NCBI GenBank assembly: GCA_963728205.1
Contig: CAVSIV010000006.1
Span: 704,001-768,000, forward strand
Direction: 5' to 3'
Source: an uncultured Chloroflexia bacterium
GTDB taxonomy: Bacteria; Chloroflexota; Dehalococcoidia; UBA2979
Length of the DNA stretch: 64,000 nucleotides
This document shows, piece by piece, positions 19,740 through 28,713 of the stretch (its first letter is position 1; the number at the start of each line of letters is the position of its first letter). The notes beneath the pieces were generated by a model, which worked only from the letters and a program-made list of their open reading frames with translations, had not been told where the DNA came from and made no database searches. The translations under genes and the position numbers were made by a program.

Positions 19740-20929
19740 GACAGCACCACCGCCTCTTCCATCAACTCCCGGAAGAGGGCGAGCAGCTCGAGCCTGGGCT
19801 CGGCGCCGTGCTCGGCGCGGTAGTAGCGGACGAACAGCTGCTCGGGGGAGAGCGTCGCGAACTCCGACTCGGGACTCGCCGCGTCGTCGCGCTGGTAGTC
19901 GAGCCGCACGTCGACGGCCTGCGGGATCGCCTCGCGCAGCCGCTGCGCCAGCCCCGGCTCGGGCGCGTCGACCTCGAGCACGGCCCGGACGTAGGCGTCG
20001 CCGGCCCCGGCAGCCGCCGCGATCACCGCGTCAGGTGTCCCGCGCAGCTCCATGAGCTGGCGGCCGCGCGCGAGCGGGATCGCCCGCTGCTCGACCGGCC
20101 GCCCGGGCCGCGCGTCGATCACGCGCACGACCTTCTGCTGGCCGCGCTCGCCGAAGTCGAGCTGAAGGGGCGAGCCCGCGTAGGCGGTCGGCGCCGGCGC
20201 GTCGGCGATCACCTGCGGCTGATGGATGTGGCCGAGCGCGAGGTACTGCGGCTCCGCCGGCAGCGCCTGCGGCGAGACGCCGTAGGTCTTGTCGATGTGC
20301 AGCCGGCGCTCCGAGCCGTCGACCGCCGCGAGCAGCGCGCCGTCGACGAAGAGGTGCCCGGCCAGGAGGTGGATGCGGCCCGGCATGAAGCCCTCGACCA
20401 TCCGCGCGTACACGTTTGCCACGCGGTCGTGGTACGTCTTGCGCGACTCCGCCTCGTCCTGCACGACCTCGAGCGCGTCGAGCACCTTGCCGTCCGGCAC
20501 CCACGGGATCGCCGCCACCTCTGCGACCTCGGCTTCCTGCATGCCGGGATGCCCGGCGGGGCCCCGCGTGAAGGTCACGATCCCGCCGGCGCTCGCGGGC
20601 AGGATCACGTTCGACTGCACGCGCACGCCGACCAGCTCCGACAGCCGCCCCATCGCCTCGAGGCGGCGCGGTGAGTCGTGGTTGCCGGCAAGCAGCAGCA
20701 CCTCGACGCCGGCGCCGACGAACTCGCGCAGCGAGTCGAACAGGAGCCGCTCGGAGCCGGGGCCCGGCGAGGCGCTGTCGAAGATGTCGCCGGCGACGAT
20801 CAGGACGTCGACACGCTCGTGCGTGGCGACGTCGAGGATCTCGGCGAGGACGTCGTGCATCTCCTCCGCGCGCGAGCGGCCGCGCAGCGTGCGGCCGAGG
20901 TGCCAGTCGGCGGTGTGGAGGAAGCGCAT
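19736..20929 (-). CDS. sbcD: SbcD/Mre11-like metallophosphoesterase nuclease
   Basis: HTADWHLG, AGDIFD, AGNHDS, GHLF, LGHIHQPQ, YAGSPLQLDFGE. Confidence 0.93.
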   Translation of the reverse strand: MRFLHTADWHLGRTLRGRSRAEEMHDVLAEILDVATHERVDVLIVAGDIFDSASPGPGSERLLFDSLREFVGAGVEVLLLAGNHDSPRRLEAMGRLSELVGVRVQSNVILPASAGGIVTFTRGPAGHPGMQEAEVAEVAAIPWVPDGKVLDALEVVQDEAESRKTYHDRVANVYARMVEGFMPGRIHLLAGHLFVDGALLAAVDGSERRLHIDKTYGVSPQALPAEPQYLALGHIHQPQVIADAPAPTAYAGSPLQLDFGERGQQKVVRVIDARPGRPVEQRAIPLARGRQLMELRGTPDAVIAAAAGAGDAYVRAVLEVDAPEPGLAQRLREAIPQAVDVRLDYQRDDAASPESEFATLSPEQLFVRYYRAEHGAEPRLELLALFRELMEEAVVLS

Positions 20930-21003
20930 CAGGCGCCACCTTGTGCTCGCGCGGGCTTCCGCCCGCGTCGGCTGTCCGGGCGCGCGGCCCGTCGGCAAGT
21001 CAC

Positions 21004-21090
21004 AGCGGCGGCAGATCTGCCGCCGACACGACGCGGACGCAGTCCGCGGCTGTCGCCGCGCTCCTGTCGGCGGCATATCTGCCGCCGCTT
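21004..21090. repeat. REP/REPIN-like element, copy 5
   Basis: AGCGGCGGCAGATCTGCCGCCGACA...CGCGGACGCAGTCCGCG...TGTCGGCGGCATATCTGCCGCCGCT, between herA and sbcD. Confidence 0.9.
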
Positions 21091-21134
21091 CACGATCATG
21101 CTCATGCCCGCCGCGCGCCCGGACTTCGCTGCCA

Positions 21135-22894
<1,760 letters not shown>

Positions 22895-22898
<4 letters not shown>

Positions 22899-23962
22899 CC
22901 GAACACCTCCTCGCGCGCCGGGCGCGCGACCGATGCGGTGACCAGGCGCCGGATGAAGAGCCGGTCGCCGAGCAGGTGCGTGAGGCGGGCCTCGAGCGCC
23001 GCGACCGGCGTGAGGTTCTGCGGCGCGCGCGGGTCGCGCACGGGCGACGACGCAAGACGCGGCATCAGCACGGCGGTCTCGTCGGCGAGCCGGACGGCCT
23101 CGGCGAGCGGCAGCGTGCCCGACGTCTCGAGCCGCATGACGCCGCCGAGCGGGTGGTACTGCACCCCGAGGTCGGCGAGCCGCAGGAACCAGGAGTAGCG
23201 GCCGTCGGTCTGCGCGCCGCCGTTCACGGCCTGCGCGTCGGCGGGCGGGATGTGGAACACGGGCGTGCGCTCGCCGGCGCGCAGCGTCGGCAGCAGGTCC
23301 ATCTCCGCACGGCCGATGTACCACTGCTGGATGCGCTTGATGTAGCCGACGACGTGTCGCCCCGGCGAGCGGAGCGAGCGCAGCGGGCCGTCGACCAGCG
23401 TGAGCGCCGACTCGTCCCGCGACAGCTCCTCGGCGAGCTTCGATTCCTCGTCGAGCATCACCTGGTTCAGCCGCGCGACCAGCGCGTTCGCGGTCGACGC
23501 GCGCCGCACCGGCTCGGCGCGAAAGACGAGCCGCGCGCGGCCGGCGGTCATCTCGATGTCGGGGGCCGCACCGTCGTCGACGAGCCCGGCGGCGTCTCCG
23601 GTGTAGAAGTACCGGCGCTCGATGCGCATGCGGTCGTCGAGCAGCCGCGCGGGGACGCCCTGGCGGCGGCGCGGGGCGGCGCCGTCGAACGGCCCGCAGC
23701 GCACGGCGCCGACGCCGAACGACCCGAACAGCCCGAAGATCGGGGTGCCGTCCGGCGCGTCGTCCATCGCGTGCGCCTCGGCGCGACGCACGCCATCCAC
23801 CACCTGCACGGCCGGGAGCGAGGCCGGCGCGGGGGTGACCGGCTGCCATACGTGCCGCTCCACGGTGACGTCGGGCGGCCCGGCCGCGGCCTCGTCGGCC
23901 TCGGCGTCGAACTGCATCGAGGTGCCGTACTCGGGCTGCCAGGGCAGGAGTCGGACGGACAT
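22895..23962 (-). CDS. nurA: NurA-family nuclease
   Basis: VVDGVRR, LVDGPL, GYIK, GERTPVF, SWFLRL, DPRAPQNL..LEARL; ATGA-coupled to herA. Confidence 0.8.
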
Positions 23963-24088
23963 CGGATCGCCTGGGAGTCGGGGAGACACCGCGGTCTGGA
24001 AGGGACCCGCGCAGTATAGCGCATCGAACACCAGTTCGGGTCAGGTGCTTCAGCGATTACGGGGTTTCCGGCCGCACGGCTTCCGTCC

Positions 24089-24182
24089 TCGAAGCGGCGG
24101 GAGACATGCCGCCGACAGGACGCGGACGCAGTCCGCGGCTGGCGCCGCGCTTCTGTCGGCGGCATGTCTGCCGCCGCTTTGA
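24089..24182. repeat. REP/REPIN-like element, copy 6
   Basis: AAGCGGCGGGAGACATGCCGCCGACAG...CGCGGACGCAGTCCGCG...CTGTCGGCGGCATGTCTGCCGCCGCTT. Confidence 0.9.
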
Positions 24183-24289
24183 CTCCAGGGGACCCGACGC
24201 CTGCCCCGTGGCCCCGGTGGCACCCGTCAGCGGCGGGCGTTACGCCCGGCGTTCGCCGTCGGCGCCTTCGCCGCTTACGCTCGCTTCCC

Positions 24290-25054
24290 ATGACAGAGCA
24301 CCGCCCCGAGCGCGTCTTCGAGCCCGGTGTCGACCGTGCGCGCTACGTGCAGCGCATGTTCGGCGAGATCTCCGACCGCTACGACCTCCTCAACCGGGTG
24401 ATGACGCTCGGGCAGGACCAGTCGTGGCGGCGCGAGGCCGCGCGCGAGCTGGTCCGGCCCGGCGACTGCGTCGTCGACGTCGGCTGCGGCACGGGCGACC
24501 TGACGTTCGCGTGCCTCGAGGCCGGCGCGGACAACGTCGCGGCCGTCGACTTCGCCCGGCCGATGCTCGGCCGCGCGCGGGCGAAGGCCATCCACATGGG
24601 CCTGCGCGACCGCGTGTGCTGGGTGCACGGCGACGCCACGCGGCTGCCGCTCGGCGACGCCAGCGTCGACGGCTGGTGCTCCGCGTTCGTCGTCCGCAAC
24701 ATCCCCGACCTCGACGCCGCGCTGGCCGAGGCCTTCCGCGTGCTGCGCCCCGGCGGCCGGCTGGCGACGCTCGAGATCCCGCGCATGGATCGGGGCTGGC
24801 TGCGCCCCCTGGCGCGCGTGCACTTCCAGCGTGTCGTGCCGCTCCTCGGTCGCGCCATCGCCGGACACGCCGAGGCGTACCGCTACCTGCCGGTGTCGGT
24901 GGACCACTTCCTCACGCCGCCGGAGTTCACGCGCCGCCTGATCGCGGCCGGCTTCCGCATGCGCCGCGTCGACCTGCTGATGCTGAACACGGTGGCGCTG
25001 CACGTCGCCGAGAAGCCGGCGGTCCCGGCGGACGGCTCCGCGTTGGCGGGCTGA
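24290..25054 (+). CDS. menG: UbiE/MenG-family (demethylmenaquinone) methyltransferase
   Basis: RYDLLNRVMTLGQDQSWR, VDVGCGTGD, DATRLP, RVLRPGG, AYRYLPVSV. Confidence 0.85.
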   Translation: MTEHRPERVFEPGVDRARYVQRMFGEISDRYDLLNRVMTLGQDQSWRREAARELVRPGDCVVDVGCGTGDLTFACLEAGADNVAAVDFARPMLGRARAKAIHMGLRDRVCWVHGDATRLPLGDASVDGWCSAFVVRNIPDLDAALAEAFRVLRPGGRLATLEIPRMDRGWLRPLARVHFQRVVPLLGRAIAGHAEAYRYLPVSVDHFLTPPEFTRRLIAAGFRMRRVDLLMLNTVALHVAEKPAVPADGSALAG

Positions 25055-25114
25055 GCAGCCGTCGGCCCCCGTGACATGCTCGATGAGCGCGGGCCGAGCG
25101 GCCCGCGGCGCGCG

Positions 25115-25594
25115 CTACCTCAGGAACGCATCACCCAGGGGCGAACGCGGCACGTCATCGCCGGCGTTCACCATGTGGTGCGCGAGCGGGCCCAGGCCGG
25201 ACAGCACCTCCGCGATCTCCTGCTCGCCGACACCCGCCTCGCGCATCGCCGTCGTGAACAGGCGCAGCCAGCGGCCGGCGGCGCGCTCGTCGATCACGAA
25301 CGGGAAGTGGCGCATCCGCAGCCGCGGGTGGCCGTAGCGCTCGCTGTAGCGCGGCTCGCCGCCGAGCCACTGCTCGACGAACAGCTTCTGCTTCTCGCGC
25401 CCGGGGCCCAGGTCGTCGGGGAAGAGCGGGCGCAGCACCTCGTCGCGCTCCACGTGGTCGTAGAAGGCGTCGACGATGCGCTCGACGGCGGCGCGCCCGC
25501 CGACGCGCTCGAACAGCGGCGCGGCGCCCTCGGGCGCGCGGGCCGGCCGCCGCGACGGCGGTGGCGACGCGGGGAGGTCGCGGGGGGAGGTCAT
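25115..25594 (-). CDS. group II truncated hemoglobin (GlbO-like)
   Basis: FERVGG..VDAFY, LFVEQWLGG, YSERYGHPRLRMRHFPF, RWL, AHHMVN. Confidence 0.9.
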   Translation of the reverse strand: MTSPRDLPASPPPSRRPARAPEGAAPLFERVGGRAAVERIVDAFYDHVERDEVLRPLFPDDLGPGREKQKLFVEQWLGGEPRYSERYGHPRLRMRHFPFVIDERAAGRWLRLFTTAMREAGVGEQEIAEVLSGLGPLAHHMVNAGDDVPRSPLGDAFLR

Positions 25595-25815
25595 GGGCTC
25601 GTCTCGTCTCCGGGGCGTCGCGCCTCGCGCCGCACGTCCGCCGTGTCGTCGCGTCGCTCGTACCCGGAGCAGGCGCGCACCGGCAGCGGCGGGTACTTCG
25701 GAAAGCGCGGGTCCGCTTCCGACCGGCCGCAGCGCAGGAACACGGAGCCGCGCGCGCTCTCGACGCGTCGCGACCACGCGCAGGTGTCGCACAGGCCGGC
25801 CGGGACGAGGGTCAC
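25591..25815 (-). CDS. small four-cysteine hypothetical protein (74 aa)
   Basis: GLCDTCAWSRRVESARGSVFLRCGRSEADPRFPKYPPLPVRACSGY; TACACT box 6 nt before GTG; ATGA overlap with the globin. Confidence 0.7.
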   Translation of the reverse strand: MTLVPAGLCDTCAWSRRVESARGSVFLRCGRSEADPRFPKYPPLPVRACSGYERRDDTADVRREARRPGDETSP

Positions 25816-25958
25816 GCACTCAGTGTAGGCGACGCGGGCTGGAGGCGTGCTTCGCGCGGCGCTCGGTCGAGGCGCCGGTCGCCGCCGGTCGCCGGGCGGT
25901 GCGCCGGCCACTGGTAGGATCGTCGTCCACGACGACGCGACGCCCGGCAAGGAACACG

Positions 25959-26171
25959 ATGCACGCCCACCTCCAGGCCGTGATGCCCTACGAGCTCCAT
26001 GGCACCCGCTACTACCAGCTCGTCTTCGTCCCCGAGGGGCAGCAGCGCCCGCAGCAGGCGCGCCTCTCGCACGACATGATCTACGCGGACCCGCGGCCGG
26101 GCGATCAGATCGAGGTGCACGCCATCCTGGGCGTCGTCGACCGCGTCGAGCGCGCCGCCGCCGCCGACTGA
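25959..26171 (+). CDS. small hypothetical protein (70 aa)
   Basis: AAGGA RBS; MHAHLQAVMPYELHGTRYYQLVF...; protein-like composition unlike the shadow frames. Confidence 0.7.
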   Translation: MHAHLQAVMPYELHGTRYYQLVFVPEGQQRPQQARLSHDMIYADPRPGDQIEVHAILGVVDRVERAAAAD

Positions 26172-26200
26172 GCGGACCGAGCACCAGGCGAGGAGCACAC

Positions 26201-27214
26201 GTGACGAACCAGCCGGCCGACGGCGAGACGCCGCCGGGCCTCCGCTTTCCCGACAGCGACGACTTCCCGACGGGCCCCGCCGTCGGCGAACCGCTCCCGG
26301 ACTTCACGCTCCCAGACCAGTCCGGCGCGCCGGTCACGTTCTCCGCGGCGCGCGGCGACCGGCGGGCGGCCGTCGTCTTTCTGCGCTCGTCGCGCTGGTG
26401 ACCGTACTGCCGCACGCAGCTGGTTCAGCTGCAGCAGCACCTGGCGGACTTCGAGGCCGAGGGCGTCGCCGTCTTCGCGATCCTGCCGGACGCGCCCGAG
26501 GCGCTGGCCGCGTTCGCGACCGAGTACGGCATCACCTACCCGTTGCTGAGCGACGCCGACTCCGCGGCGATCCGCCGCTTCGGCATCCTCAACACGCTGA
26601 TCCGGCCGGACGAGGCAATCTACGGCATTCCCTATCCCGGCACGTACATCACCGACGCGCAGGGCGTCGTCGTGGAGAAGCGCTTCTACCGCCGCTACCA
26701 GGTGCGCGACGACGTCGAGTCGCTGCTGCACGCGCGCTTCGGCGCCGCGCTGCACGCCGAGCAGGACGCGGCGGTCGCGGCCGAGTCGCCGGGCGTGCGG
26801 GTGAGCGCGGTCCTCGGCGGCAGCGAGTTCGTGTTCCAGCGGCGCGCGACGCTGTTCGTGCGGCTCGACCTCGACGCCGGTCTGCACGTCTACGGCCCGC
26901 CGGTGCCGGAGGGCTACATCGGCACCGAGGTCACCGTCGCCGGCCCGGACGGCCTGATCGTCGAGCCGGCGGCCTACCCGCCGACGCACCCCGTGCGCTT
27001 CGAGGCGCTGAACGAGACGCTGCACGTGATCGAGAGCCCCGTCGAGATCGCCGTCCCGCTCACGGCGAACATCCGCGAGGGCGACGCGGTCCCGCTGGAG
27101 ATCACGGTCCAGTACCAGGCGTGCGACGACCGCCAGTGCTTCCTTCCGCAGCGCCAGGTGCTGCAGCTCGACGTCCCGCTGGCGCCGCTGAACCGCCCGC
27201 CGCGCCGGGGCTAG
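26201..27214 (+). CDS. putative selenoprotein: AhpC/TSA (redoxin) domain with UxxC, fused to a DsbD N-terminal-like domain
   Basis: AGGAG RBS plus GTG; GEPLPDFTLPDQ...FLRSSRW-TGA(26399-26401)-PYCRTQL continues in frame to YPLLSD and C-terminal YQACDDRQCFLP. Confidence 0.82.
26408..26439 (+). promoter_or_regulatory. candidate bacterial SECIS hairpin
   Basis: GCAGCTG-GTT-CAGCTGC (26416-26432) with lower stem TGCCGC/GCAGCA; apical-loop G lies 22 nt after the UGA. Confidence 0.65.
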
Positions 27215-27220
27215 CCGTCG

Positions 27221-27470
27221 CGACGCCATCCGCCGCCGCGAGCGCCATCCGCCGCCGCGACGCCATCCGCCGCCGCGACGCCATCCGCCGGCGGGACGCC
27301 ATCCGCCGCCGCGACGCCATCCGCCGGCGGGACGCCATCCGCCGCCGCGAGCGCCATCCGCCGCCGCGACGCCATCCGCCGCCGCGACGCCATCCGCCGC
27401 ACGCCATCCGCCGCAGCGACGCCATCCGCCGGCGCGACGCCATCCGCCGGCGGGACGCCATCCGCCGCCA
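27221..27470. repeat. tandem array, 14 copies of an ~18-bp unit CGACGCCATCCGCCGCCG
   Basis: counted directly; units 15-19 bp with few variants and no spacers. Confidence 0.92.
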
Positions 27471-27564
27471 CAGCGGCGGCAGATATGCCGCCGACAGGGC
27501 GCGGACGCAGTCCGCGGCTGACACCGCCCATCCGTCGGCGGCATGTCTGCCGCCGCTGTGGCGG
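27465..27564. repeat. REP/REPIN-like element, copy 7
   Basis: CCGCCACAGCGGCGGCAGATATGCCGCCGAC ... GTCGGCGGCATGTCTGCCGCCGCTGTGGCGG. Confidence 0.9.
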
Positions 27565-27618
27565 ACCGCCCGCGCCACCTCGACTCATCCCGGCATGGAA
27601 CGCACCGATCGGGAGGGA

Positions 27619-27688
27619 TCGGCACCCTGCCTGGTGCCGCTCGACCCCACTGGCGCTCGGCACCCTGCCTGGTGCCGCTCGACGCCAC
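27619..27688. repeat. two direct copies (38-bp period) of hairpin CGGCACC-CTGCCT-GGTGCCG
   Basis: TCGGCACCCTGCCTGGTGCCGCTCGAC at 27619 and 27657. Confidence 0.8.
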
Positions 27689-27712
27689 GGGCGGTGCCCC
27701 TACGATCGCGAC

Positions 27713-28594
27713 ATGACGAACGCCCCCGCCGCCGCGCCCGACACCGCCCGCCTGCTCGTCCAGTGTCCCGACCAGCCCGGCATCGTCGCGGCCGTATCGA
27801 GCTTCCTCTTCGCCCACGGCGCGAACATCGTCCAGGCCGACCAGTTCTCGTCGCTCGGCGGGCACGGCCGCTTCTTCATGCGCACGGAGTTCGAGCTCGG
27901 CGGGCTTGACCGGCCGATCGGCGACGTGGAGCGCGCGTTCGCTGCCGAGATCGCGCCGCGCTTCGAGATGGAGTGGCGCGTCTCGCTCGCCGCGCGCCGG
28001 CCGCGCGTCGCGATCCTCGTGTCGCGCTTCGATCACTGCCTGCTCGAGCTGCTCTGGCGCTGGGGCCGCGGCGAGCTCGCGATCGACATCGCCGTCGTGA
28101 TCTCGAACCACGACCGCCTGCGCGAGGCCGTCGAGCGCTTCGGCATCCCGTTCCGCCACCTGCCGGTGACGCGCGAGACGAAGGCGGCGCAGGAGGCGGA
28201 GATCCTCGACCTCGTCGACGCGGAGCGCGTCGACCTGATCGTGCTCGCGCGCTACATGCAGATCCTGTCGAGCGACTTCGTCGCACGGCACCCGGCGCGC
28301 GTGATCAACATCCACCACTCGTTCCTGCCCGCGTTCGCCGGCGCCGACCCGTACGGCCAGGCGTTCGACCGCGGCGTCAAGATCATCGGCGCGACGGCGC
28401 ACTACGCGACGCAGGACCTCGACGAGGGGCCGATCATCGAGCAGGACGTGGTGCGGGTGTCGCACCGTGACACGCGCGACGACCTGGTGCGGCTGGGGCG
28501 CGAGGTGGAGCGGTCGGTGCTGGCGCGCGCGGTGCAGTGGCACATCGAGGACCGGGTGTTCGTGCACGGCAACAAGACGGTGGTGTTCCGATAA
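27713..28594 (+). CDS. purU: formyltetrahydrofolate deformylase
   Basis: ACT domain [60 protein letters not shown]. Confidence 0.96.
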   Translation: MTNAPAAAPDTARLLVQCPDQPGIVAAVSSFLFAHGANIVQADQFSSLGGHGRFFMRTEFELGGLDRPIGDVERAFAAEIAPRFEMEWRVSLAARRPRVAILVSRFDHCLLELLWRWGRGELAIDIAVVISNHDRLREAVERFGIPFRHLPVTRETKAAQEAEILDLVDAERVDLIVLARYMQILSSDFVARHPARVINIHHSFLPAFAGADPYGQAFDRGVKIIGATAHYATQDLDEGPIIEQDVVRVSHRDTRDDLVRLGREVERSVLARAVQWHIEDRVFVHGNKTVVFR

Positions 28595-28713
28595 ACCGTC
28601 ATCCTTGCTAACATCGTTGCAATGACTCACCACCCCGCGCTGCGATGGCGCGGACACCGCACCCCTGGTTCGCCTCACCTGGTCTGCCCGGCCACACTGC
28701 GCGGAGACGTGCT

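Noticed and set aside
15661-19823. Very long alternative-frame ORFs (e.g. 15661-19602, 17289-19823; likewise 37517-40555 and 45811-49020)
   Set aside because: Arg/Ala/Gly-rich shadow frames of real genes, expected at this GC content; no motifs.
27221-27470. CRISPR array
   Set aside because: Units are contiguous 18-mers with no unique spacers, and there are no cas genes.
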